Origin: an uncultured Candidatus Saccharibacteria bacterium
Lineage (GTDB): Bacteria > Patescibacteriota > Minisyncoccia > Phycocordibacterales > UBA9973
Length of the DNA: 64,000 bases
Reading direction: 5' to 3'
NCBI GenBank assembly: GCA_964646765.1
Contig: CAZYIA010000003.1
Span: 130,815-194,814 of the forward strand
Made by a program: the position numbers and the translations under genes. The notes under the pieces were generated by a model. That model had not been told where the DNA came from, made no database searches, and saw only the letters and a list, made by a program, of their open reading frames with translations. Positions 56,701 to 64,000 of this stretch are shown here, piece after piece (within the stretch, counting starts at the first letter, position 1; every line of letters begins with the position of its first letter).

Positions 56701-56960
56701 TAATAGCGCTTGCCATTTCCTGTACTTTCGCGATCAGTGCGAGATCCGGGAGCAAGGTACGCTTCAACCCCAATGATTGGCTTAACGCCTGCTTTTTTAC
56801 ACAGCTTATAAAGCTCAATAGCCCCGTGCATATTGCCGTGGTCAGTTAAACCAATGGCGGTCATACCACTTTCTTTGGCAATGCGAACCATATCTTCAAG
56901 TTTGGTCAGACCATCGAGAAGGGAATAGTGACTATGAGTGTGGAGGTGCGTAAATGCCAT
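53778..56960 (-). CDS. dnaE: DNA polymerase III alpha subunit
   Basis: HLHTHSHYSLLDG PHP domain, RGSVAGS, FERFLNPER.SLPDIDMD, KFDFLG, YGFNKAHA. Confidence 0.97.
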   Translation of the reverse strand: MAFTHLHTHSHYSLLDGLTKLEDMVRIAKESGMTAIGLTDHGNMHGAIELYKLCKKAGVKPIIGVEAYLAPGSRTDRESTGNGKRYYHLTLLAKNLTGYKNLMRLVSIANLEGYYYKPRMDKELLREFHEGIICLSGCMGGELSQTILAGNDAGAEKLVAEYQNIFGKENYFLEIQSHETVPRDKELRDKLVALGKKLSVPVVATQDSHYPCKDDHDAHHTLLAINTQGDGKEGLEFSKDDFSLINEKTALEYFKDVPEAVGNTQLVVDLCEPYEIELGKAYFPEYKIESGKSADEELRTLAYNGFKFRNLEQTKEYLDRLEYELSVIKQKGYPTYFLVVGDLLRFARENGILTNIRGSVAGSLTTYLLGITNVDPLVYKLPFERFLNPERPSLPDIDMDYADNRREEMIAYAKQKYGEDHVAQIGTFGTMMARGSVRDVARALGFPYAIGDRLSKMIPMGSQGFPMTIDRAMEMVPELKKAYETEKDTKQIIDLAKKMEGCVRHVSVHAAGVVIAPRPLTDFTPIQRDPKGEAIITQYDMHAVEDVGLPKFDFLGIRNLAILADAVRLVRELHGIEVDLLKIPLDDPKTFEMLARGETEGLFQLNGSGMTAYLKQLKPTSIHDINAMVALYRPGPMESIPDYIKRKHNPRSVRFLDPRMKDILDQSYGVIVYQDDVMMIAIKLGGYSWLEADMLRKAMGKKIPEEMAAQKEKLLKGLAANGMTDKKVEELWALIEPFAAYGFNKAHAASYGMVAYQTAYMKANFPVEYMSAILTAESGDTEKIAEIIHECGKMKIEVLPPSVNESFGGFTVIENKPSEQRNGVIRFGLYTVKNLGTDISDAIIFERKTNGLFSSISNFLERIKHKNLNKKSLEALIKCGAMDMFGDRGALLANMEDMLTFNKESGAEQNQTSLFGDLPEIFSASFSLREAPAASKQEMLAWEKELLGLYISGHPLDRLRDKIEANGMNITKLKAECEKGAPVTFAGIIEEVKPIITKNNERMAFLRVADFTSTIECVIFPKAFTKFGESITVDRIIAIKGSVSDRNDEKSVLIEAVKVL

Positions 56961-57129
56961 GCGTACCGAGTATACTCGCACAGAAAGGTTGTGGCAAAGC
57001 GTTAAAATTTTGGGAAAACGTCATATTTTTATCTGTTGATCGTCCTATATAGTGGGAAGCAATTCCCCTAAGTTATACACACAAAATATTTCCGTTTATT
57101 TCCGTTCACTGTGTGGTAAAATAATTACA

Positions 57130-57717
57130 GTGTTAATCAAACAAACTCCGAAGTTTTTGATTGGTGTTGATGAAGTTGGGCGCGGTCCTATTGCCGGCCC
57201 GGTAGCAGTGTGCGCTCTCCTCTGGAAGGATCGAGAATTTGATCCGCCTCCACATATAAAAGATTCAAAACAGCTCTCGCCGCAAAAACGCGAAGAATGG
57301 TTTGAGCAGGTTCGTATCTGGGAAAAAGAGGGAAGAGTGTCATTTGCCGTTTCTTTTATCTGTGCCGAAACAATTGATAAAGTTGGTATTAGTCCTTCAA
57401 CACATCGAGCAGTAAGCAACGCAATTCGCCGGCTCGAAGTTGATCCTGCTCAAGTCCATATTCTTTTGGACGGTAGTCTCTATGCCCCTGAAGAGTACTA
57501 TCACCAAGAAACAATAATTCGCGGTGATGAACGCGAACCAGTTATTGCTCTTGCCTCAATTGTGGCTAAGGTGCACCGTGACCGCTTGATGGAAAAAATG
57601 AGTGATCAATATCCCGGGTACGGTTTCGAAGTGCATAAAGGATATGGTACGAGTGAACATTATCGAGCACTGAAAAAACTCGGTCCGTCGCCACTTCACC
57701 GGCTCTCATTCATCTAA
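57130..57717 (+). CDS. rnhB: Ribonuclease HII
   Basis: GVDEVGRGP.AGP, DSK.LS, LLDG, ASIVAKV.RD, HKGYGT..H, HR.SF; GTG start 7 nt after TGG-TAAAAT. Confidence 0.94.
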   Translation: MLIKQTPKFLIGVDEVGRGPIAGPVAVCALLWKDREFDPPPHIKDSKQLSPQKREEWFEQVRIWEKEGRVSFAVSFICAETIDKVGISPSTHRAVSNAIRRLEVDPAQVHILLDGSLYAPEEYYHQETIIRGDEREPVIALASIVAKVHRDRLMEKMSDQYPGYGFEVHKGYGTSEHYRALKKLGPSPLHRLSFI

Positions 57718-57823
57718 GTGTGAATTTGTAATTGACGAAAGTTCCATGCGTCAGCTAGTATGGAAAAATATTGAACCGCTTGAAAATTTTTTAATTTTTT
57801 CACTTAAACCAAAAAGTTGCACT

Positions 57824-58024
57824 ATGGATGGAGCATCCAACACCAACGGCAAGTCAGGTACAGGAGGTACTGACCTACATACCTGTCTAAACACAGGTAT
57901 CCCCCTGACTATTGAAAAGGGTATAGAAACCCACACGCAAAAAAGTAAACCTTCATTAAAGAAGGATGAACATTTGCGAGTTACATCAGCGACTAATTAT
58001 CAGCAGGAGCTGATTGGTCGGTAA
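57824..58024 (+). CDS. Possible small hypothetical protein (66 aa)
   Basis: ORF fills the gap after a TTGACG-18-TAGTAT promoter-like site (57732-57761); no recognisable motif. Confidence 0.25.
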   Translation: MDGASNTNGKSGTGGTDLHTCLNTGIPLTIEKGIETHTQKSKPSLKKDEHLRVTSATNYQQELIGR

Positions 58025-58143
58025 CCATTCTTTATTTTAATTTTGACTCGTACCCCCGTCGCGATATATTCCTTCGGGGGCACGTTTATATTTGAATAGT
58101 CCCGAACTTGTTTTTTTAGAAAAATTTGGTATAGTCCTCACAT

Positions 58144-58350
58144 ATGGTAGTACGCATGCGACACACGCGAGCACACACCGGCAATCGCCGCTCGCACCAC
58201 AAAGTTAAGAATCAAGCAGTCACCACCGACTCTAAGACTGGTGCTGTTCACCTTCGCCACCGTGTTGACCTCACCACAGGCACCTATCGCGGTAAAAAAG
58301 TCATCGACGTTATGAAGAAAGTCGAAAAAAGACAAGCGAAGAAAAAATAA
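58144..58350 (+). CDS. rpmF: 50S ribosomal protein L32
   Basis: Basic RHTR..TGNRRSH, HLRHRV...TG.YRGK.V. Confidence 0.88.
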   Translation: MVVRMRHTRAHTGNRRSHHKVKNQAVTTDSKTGAVHLRHRVDLTTGTYRGKKVIDVMKKVEKRQAKKK

Positions 58351-58428
58351 AAGGTATTAAGTCCTTTCGTTCTTTCCGTTCTTTATTAAAACTAAAACCG
58401 AGCAAGCTAGAATCTATCACTAGTTCGT

Positions 58429-59334
58429 ATGGCCAATAGACACCTTTCACGTTCAATCATCCTTCAAACCCTCTTTGAGTGGGATTTTAAGGGACAACCT
58501 CTCGAAGGTGTTTTTGACATGCTCGAGCGGAACGCTGAAGAATTTGCACCAGGCCTCGACGACTATGAATTTATGAAGGCGATGACTGAGAGCGTGGTTA
58601 AAAACCGCCTCATCATCGACCAGGTTATCGAAAAAGCCGCTCCAGAATGGCCGCTCGAAAAGATTAATGCAGTTGACCGTAACATCCTTCGCATTGGACT
58701 TGCCGAGCTCCTTTTTGGTGACCACGCTGCTGTACCACCAAAAGTTTCTATTAACGAGGCTATTGAATTGGCGAAAACCTTCGGCGGGGATAGTTCCTCA
58801 CGCTTTATTAATGGCGTGCTTGGTGCTGTGTATAAAGAAATTGGTGAGCCAGGCAAAGAGCAAAAATCAAAGCGCCAAATGAAAGACGAACCGGTTGATG
58901 TTTCAACACTTCCGGTTGAACAGAAAGCAGGTGCTGTGGTGTACGCAGAGCATGATGGGGAAGTGTACCTTGCGTTGGTGCACGATGTGTTTGGCTACTG
59001 GACCCTTTCAAAAGGTGGCGTAGAAGAAAGTGATAAATCATCTGAAGATGCCGCTAAGCGTGAAGTAAAAGAAGAAATTGGTATCGATGTAGCCGTTAAA
59101 GAAAAACTCGGTGAAGATGAGTATATTGCTTCGCATCCAGAGAAAGGAAAAATTCGCAAACATGTTACTTTCTTTCTTGCAGAATCAAAATATCAGCCAC
59201 TCAAACTTGAATCTTCAGGTGGTTTAGATGAAGCCGCTTGGTTTACGCTTTCTAATGTGACAAAGCTTCGCATGTATGATAGTGTGACCGCACTGATCGC
59301 GAAAGCAATCCCGATCATTACTAGCAAAAAGTAA
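58429..59334 (+). CDS. nusB: NusB fused to a C-terminal NUDIX domain
   Basis: RHLSR...LQ.LFE, W....VDRNILR, INEAIELAK.FG..SSRFINGVLG; then WTLSKGG.E......AKREVKEEIG. Confidence 0.9.
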   Translation: MANRHLSRSIILQTLFEWDFKGQPLEGVFDMLERNAEEFAPGLDDYEFMKAMTESVVKNRLIIDQVIEKAAPEWPLEKINAVDRNILRIGLAELLFGDHAAVPPKVSINEAIELAKTFGGDSSSRFINGVLGAVYKEIGEPGKEQKSKRQMKDEPVDVSTLPVEQKAGAVVYAEHDGEVYLALVHDVFGYWTLSKGGVEESDKSSEDAAKREVKEEIGIDVAVKEKLGEDEYIASHPEKGKIRKHVTFFLAESKYQPLKLESSGGLDEAAWFTLSNVTKLRMYDSVTALIAKAIPIITSKK

Positions 59335-59337
59335 TTT

Positions 59338-59387
59338 AGTAGTTAGTAGAAAGTAGTTACCAAAGTGACTGCTCCCTACTCACTACT
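59338..59387 (+). promoter_or_regulatory. ~21-bp imperfect hairpin immediately upstream of rnc
   Basis: AGTAGTTAGTAG/CTACTCACTACT and AGTAGTTAC/GTGACTGCT stems with a CAAA loop. Confidence 0.5.
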
Positions 59388-59396
59388 CACAATTGC

Positions 59397-60089
59397 ATGA
59401 AAGATATCTCCGCTTTTCCCGCTTCTCTCGGCATCACCTTTAAAGATGTTGGTCTCTTGAAGCAGGCATTTACTCACCGTTCATTCATTAACGAAAATCC
59501 AGGAACAAAACTCGCACACAACGAGCGTCTTGAATTTTTGGGTGATGCAGTACTTGAACTTATCGTTACTAATCATCTGTATCGTGCATATCCTGGGGCA
59601 CCAGAAGGTGAGCTTACAGCGTTTCGCAGTGCGCTTGTGAACACCGTTACTATTTCTGATGCTGCGCTTTCACTTGGGATGAATGACTACCTCCTTCTTT
59701 CTCGCGGTGAAGCAAAAGATGTAGGTAAAGCACGTATGCACATTTTGGCAAACACCTTCGAAGCGTTTATTGGTGCACTCTATCTCGATCAAGGGTATGA
59801 CGCCGCTACGAAATTTGTCGATAGTAAACTGTTTCCAAAACTTAAAGAAATCGTTGAAAAGAAACTCTGGCGTGATCCAAAGAGCTTAGTTCAGGAAAAG
59901 GCCCAAGAAATTCTTCATGTAACACCAGCGTATAAGGTGTTAGGCGAGAGTGGCCCTGATCACGATAAGCGATTTATTGTAGGTATTTGTTTTGGTTCTG
60001 AGGTGGTCGCTGAAGGCCGCGGTAAGAGTAAACAAGAAGCCGAAACTAAGGCTGCGGAGGCTGCTCTTCACCAGAAGGGCTGGTTCTAG
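59397..60089 (+). CDS. rnc: Ribonuclease III
   Basis: AFTHRS, HNERLEFLGDAVL, FEAFIGALYLD, dsRBD GPDH.K.F...G.SKQEAE. Confidence 0.97.
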   Translation: MKDISAFPASLGITFKDVGLLKQAFTHRSFINENPGTKLAHNERLEFLGDAVLELIVTNHLYRAYPGAPEGELTAFRSALVNTVTISDAALSLGMNDYLLLSRGEAKDVGKARMHILANTFEAFIGALYLDQGYDAATKFVDSKLFPKLKEIVEKKLWRDPKSLVQEKAQEILHVTPAYKVLGESGPDHDKRFIVGICFGSEVVAEGRGKSKQEAETKAAEAALHQKGWF

Positions 60090-60106
60090 TAGAATAGCTA
60101 CTAGTT

Positions 60107-62368
60107 ATGCTCAAACAGATCGAGCTTTCCGGTTTCAAGTCGTTCGCTAAACGAACGACGCTGGACTTTGGTGTTCCGATTACGGCCATCGTTGGTCCAA
60201 ACGGTTCAGGAAAATCCAATATTGTTGAATCGATTCGTTTCGTGCTTGGTGAGCAATCAATGAAATCGCTCCGTGGTAAGGGCGGCGTTGACCTCATTTT
60301 TAAAGGTTCAAAAAATCTCTCGGCACTTTCACGTGCGTCTGTTTCAGTTGTTTTTGATAACAGCACCCGCATGTTTCAGGTTGCTCGAGCAGGAGAGGAT
60401 ACTCTCCGAGTAGATTTTGATGAAATCACTATTTCTCGTGAAGTTTTTTCTGATGGTAAAAATGTGTACCGCTTAAATGGTACGGAAGTGCGTTTAAAAG
60501 ATATTGTTGAACTGCTTGCATCTGTAAATATTGGTTCAAGTGGTCATCATATTATTTCGCAAGGTGAAGCTGACCGCTTGCTTTCCGCGAATCCAAAAGA
60601 TCGCCGCGCTATGGTGGAAGATGCACTCGGTCTCCGTGTGTATCAATTTCGTTTACGCGAAGCAGAACGCAAACTTGAACGTACCGAAGAAAATATTCGT
60701 GAGGTAAATGCACAGCGTCGTGAGGTTGCTCCACACCTTAAATTTTTGAAGGGTCAGGTAGAAAAAGTTGAAAAGACTGCTGAGCTTCGAAATGACTTAG
60801 CCCAACTGTACAAAGAGTACTTTGCGCTTGAATCCGTATATGTAGCCGAAGAGGGAAGCCGCTTAGCAGGGGTTGCAAAAGAACTTGATGAAAAACTTGC
60901 TGAGATTGATCAGAAAATTTCCGGTGCACGCGTTCTTTCGGAGGTTGATGTAGAAAGTCCACTCAAAAAGGAACGTGAAGAAGTACAAGCAAAACTTTCG
61001 GAAGCCAACGCTACCCGCGATGAACTTTCTCGGAAGCTTGGCCGTATTGAAGGAACTATTTCAGCCCTTGAAGCTCGTTTAAATGCACCTGCACCAAAAT
61101 CACCAACTGGCGCTTTGCCAGTACCGCGTGATCTCGTGAGCGCTCTTATTACCGAAGTTCGTTCACTTCAAGAATTTCTTTCTGTGCCAGAAAAACTTTC
61201 TGGTTTGGTTTCAACGTTGCTTGCGCGTGCTGAAGCTCTTGAAAAGTTAGCTAGTGGTGGAGCGCAACAAGTAGTCGAAGTAGACAAAGAAGCTCTGATA
61301 GCTGAAATCGAATCACTCCGTGCCTCGTATCGTGCGATTCAAGAAGAGATTGACGAAGTAGAAAAAACAGCTGAAACATTCCGTGAAAAATTAAATGATT
61401 TAGCTACTCACGAAAAAGAAATGGATCGCGATGCTCGCGAACGCGATCGTGCGTACTACGAAGCCAAGAGTGAGAAAACTGAGCTCGAATCACGCCGCCG
61501 CATGGTAGCACTTGAAGAAGAGACTCTTCGCGTAGCCAAAGAGCGCTTTGATGCGGATCTTCGCGAAGCTGGTGTTTTGGTTGGATTAGATGCTATTCGT
61601 TTCCAAAAAAGTGAAGCTCTATACGATAAAGCCACCCAGGATACTCGCCGACATAAAATTGAGCGTGCGAAGATAAAACTTGAAGAAGCCGGTGCAGTTT
61701 CGGGTGCTGAAGTTTTGAAAGAATACGAAACCACCAAAGAACGAGATGAATTTTTGGGTCGTGAACTTATTGACCTTGAACAGTCGGTTGCCGACTTGCG
61801 AGCGCTTATTCGAGAACTTCGCGAAACAATTGATACTAAATTTAAAGAAGGTGTTGAACTCATTAACAAAGAATTTTCAAAATTCTTCTCGCTGATGTTC
61901 GGTGGCGGCAGCGCCTTTCTTTCTATTGTTGTAGAACATAAGCGTGCATCCAAGGGGGACGATGAAGATGAAGAAGAAACTTTAGATGAGGGAGAAGGCG
62001 AACTAACCTTCGAGCGTGGTATTGAAATCAACGTTTCTATGCCGCATAAGAAAGTAAAGGATTTGCAGATGCTCTCAGGTGGTGAGCGCTCACTTACTTC
62101 AATTGCACTTCTTTTTGCAATGTCACAAGTTAACCCACCACCATTCTTAGTACTCGACGAAACCGATGCAGCGCTTGATGAAGCAAACTCACGCCGCTAT
62201 GGTGATATGCTTGAAAATCTCTCTGGCCGGTCAAAACTTATTGTGGTAACTCACAATCGCGAAACGATGTCCCGCGCCGGCGTGCTCTACGGTATCACTA
62301 TTGGTGCCGATGGGGGATCGAAGCTTCTCTCGATCAAATTTGACGAAGCAGTCAAAATTGCGAAATAA
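60107..62368 (+). CDS. smc: SMC-family ATPase, short form with no recognisable hinge
   Basis: GFKSFA, GPNGSGKSN, ISQG, LSGGERS, PPPFLVLDETDAALDE, THN; only 753 aa. Confidence 0.88.
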   Translation: MLKQIELSGFKSFAKRTTLDFGVPITAIVGPNGSGKSNIVESIRFVLGEQSMKSLRGKGGVDLIFKGSKNLSALSRASVSVVFDNSTRMFQVARAGEDTLRVDFDEITISREVFSDGKNVYRLNGTEVRLKDIVELLASVNIGSSGHHIISQGEADRLLSANPKDRRAMVEDALGLRVYQFRLREAERKLERTEENIREVNAQRREVAPHLKFLKGQVEKVEKTAELRNDLAQLYKEYFALESVYVAEEGSRLAGVAKELDEKLAEIDQKISGARVLSEVDVESPLKKEREEVQAKLSEANATRDELSRKLGRIEGTISALEARLNAPAPKSPTGALPVPRDLVSALITEVRSLQEFLSVPEKLSGLVSTLLARAEALEKLASGGAQQVVEVDKEALIAEIESLRASYRAIQEEIDEVEKTAETFREKLNDLATHEKEMDRDARERDRAYYEAKSEKTELESRRRMVALEEETLRVAKERFDADLREAGVLVGLDAIRFQKSEALYDKATQDTRRHKIERAKIKLEEAGAVSGAEVLKEYETTKERDEFLGRELIDLEQSVADLRALIRELRETIDTKFKEGVELINKEFSKFFSLMFGGGSAFLSIVVEHKRASKGDDEDEEETLDEGEGELTFERGIEINVSMPHKKVKDLQMLSGGERSLTSIALLFAMSQVNPPPFLVLDETDAALDEANSRRYGDMLENLSGRSKLIVVTHNRETMSRAGVLYGITIGADGGSKLLSIKFDEAVKIAK

Positions 62369-62375
62369 TACCTTT

Positions 62376-62876
62376 ATGAAAACTCCTGATTCATTCTTTA
62401 GTCCACAGATTCCTCAGCAGCTTTTACAAGGAATAGCTGACTTGGGATATCCAAAAGATATTTGGCAAAAAATGAATCGAGATGAGATCGAACGTATTGT
62501 TACCAGCCAAATTCGATACCAACCACAGGCAACCAAAGAAGAGTCTGCTACCTCAGTGAAAGAGGAAAAGAAGTCTGTATATGTTGGAGATCCTCAGCAT
62601 ATGGCAGCATATTCTTTAGATTTACCTGCATTAGAACAATTTGATTACGAACAGTTAGAGTCACAAGATACACAAGGGGAAACACCTCTTCATTTAGTTG
62701 TAATGATGGCCTTTCAGGACTTTGAAAAGGCAGAAAACATTATTGCCTTCCTAAAGAAAAAAGAAATAGAAATGAATTTAAAAAACAATGACAACTTAAC
62801 TGCTTTAGAAATTGCTAAGCGTCGAATGGCTACAACTCCTGCCTATGCAAGAATTGTAGCTGCTTTAGAGAAATAA
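62376..62876 (+). CDS. Ankyrin-repeat protein
   Basis: DTQGETPLHLVV and N.KNNDNLTALEIA ankyrin motifs. Confidence 0.75.
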   Translation: MKTPDSFFSPQIPQQLLQGIADLGYPKDIWQKMNRDEIERIVTSQIRYQPQATKEESATSVKEEKKSVYVGDPQHMAAYSLDLPALEQFDYEQLESQDTQGETPLHLVVMMAFQDFEKAENIIAFLKKKEIEMNLKNNDNLTALEIAKRRMATTPAYARIVAALEK

Positions 62877-62880
62877 GTTT

Positions 62881-64000
62881 ATGAATCCTGGAGAAAAATT
62901 TGGAGGAGGCGAGCCACCACTTGAAAATCTTTCTTCGTGGCAGAGAAAAAGTCACTATGAGCGGCTTGGTATATCACCAGAAGCATCAAAAGAGGAAGCA
63001 AAAAAGGCATACCGCAAACTTACTTTAAAATACCATCCAGACAGAGTTTCCCAATTAAAGAATGAGAATCTTTCTAAAAATTATGAAGAAGTATATAAGC
63101 TAATCTCAGAAGCTTATGAAGCTGTTGAGAATGGAACAGCTTCTACCTATTCTCGTACAGAAACTACCCACACAACAAATACAGGAGGATTTAATAAACA
63201 GAACACTTCTGAAAAAACTACATCAAGTGAACCAGGGAATAAGAAAAAGCCTTGGGATTTTGAGGATAATTCTCAAGAAAATTTTGGAGGTAGTACCTGG
63301 GAAGAAGTTTGGGAAAATATAAAAAATGGCAAAAATCCTTTTGGAAAAAGAGACTTTTCAAAGGAAAAGAAAACTGAATCCGATTTCTCTAATCAAGGAA
63401 GAGACTATTCAAATTTTAATTACTCTAGGAAGCAGGAACAAAAAGTTTTTAATGAACAAGAAGAAATTAATAATTTTGTTAACTACGCGAAGCAAAACAG
63501 TTCATACGAATTTCAAATTGCTGGAATTCGTGAAAAACTGGAAGATCTGATGAAACAGGGAGTAAGTAAAGAAAAGCTCCTTAATGCTGTCAAACAACAT
63601 ATTTTTCTTAACTTCAGAAGTCATACAGAAAAAAACAGTTCATACGAATTTCAAATTGAGTCTGTGCAACAACATATGGGAGAGCTTATCCGACTGGGAT
63701 ATAAAAAAGAAGAACTTCTTGCTCATGTCGAACCAGTGGTAACCGCAAACTTTGTGTCGTTTGTTCAAAAAAATAGTTCCTACGATTTTCAAATCGAAGG
63801 TGTTGCGACTCATTTGAATGCACTGACCTTACTTGGTTTATCCAAAGAAAAGCTGCTTCAAAAAATTCAACCAATATTGCTTTCCGAGTTTGAGAAATTT
63901 ACTCAAAAAAATAGTAGTTATACTTTTCAACTGGAGGGGGTCACACAATTTCTTGAAGCTTTGGCCCGGTTGGGGATAGATAGACGGACCTTAAGTGGGA
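62881..64000 (+). CDS. J-domain protein with 46-aa tandem repeats (runs off the window; absent from ORF track)
   Basis: HYERLGISPEASKEEAKKAYRKLTLKYHPDR...ISEAYE; NSSY.FQ repeats at 63496, 63634, 63772, 63910. Confidence 0.85.
   Translation, partial: MNPGEKFGGGEPPLENLSSWQRKSHYERLGISPEASKEEAKKAYRKLTLKYHPDRVSQLKNENLSKNYEEVYKLISEAYEAVENGTASTYSRTETTHTTNTGGFNKQNTSEKTTSSEPGNKKKPWDFEDNSQENFGGSTWEEVWENIKNGKNPFGKRDFSKEKKTESDFSNQGRDYSNFNYSRKQEQKVFNEQEEINNFVNYAKQNSSYEFQIAGIREKLEDLMKQGVSKEKLLNAVKQHIFLNFRSHTEKNSSYEFQIESVQQHMGELIRLGYKKEELLAHVEPVVTANFVSFVQKNSSYDFQIEGVATHLNALTLLGLSKEKLLQKIQPILLSEFEKFTQKNSSYTFQLEGVTQFLEALARLGIDRRTLSG

Noticed and set aside
57073-57081. TTATACACA DnaA box between dnaE and rnhB as an origin
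   Set aside because: A single consensus box; it could be regulatory or chance and is insufficient for oriC.
63496-63940. 138-nt repeats as a DGR template/variable pair
   Set aside because: They are in-frame protein repeats with differences not confined to adenines, and no reverse transcriptase is in the window.
1-64000. Alternative genetic code (TGA=Gly) as in Gracilibacteria
   Set aside because: Core genes are full length under code 11, and TGA ends the hydrolase gene at 5715-5717.

Overview
A gene-dense, mostly + strand chromosomal segment in genetic code 11. Gene content points to a Patescibacteria/CPR (Parcubacteria-like) bacterium; this is an inference from the short PheRS/ThrS/MetG, the QQRK-type EF-P, the short SMC, the S-layer-like and tail-fibre-like surface proteins, and the scarcity of Shine-Dalgarno sites. 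Housekeeping genes: ileS (with T-box leader), recO, glyQS, metG, tatD, rpsF-ssb-rpsR, efp, recA, ftsK, murC, pheS, pheT, gyrB, rdgB, thrS, dnaE, rnhB, rpmF, nusB, rnc, smc. I found no rRNA, tRNA, CRISPR array, integrase or transposase. The strongest unexplained signal is a winged-helix gene divergent from ftsK that is embedded in about 14 copies of a TAAARGACA-like motif, lying upstream, inside the coding linker and downstream, which suggests a self-contained protein/DNA-site system. Other highlights: a ~500-nt structured leader with a boxA-like site before a highly expressed S-layer-like gene; phosphohydrolase domains fused to IleRS and NusB; an SMC with no recognisable hinge; two secreted S74-chaperone fibres sharing an N-terminal motif; a J-domain protein with 46-aa repeats; widespread near-leaderless promoters; and several candidate cis-regulatory RNAs. 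All calls come from reading motifs by eye; no searches were run.
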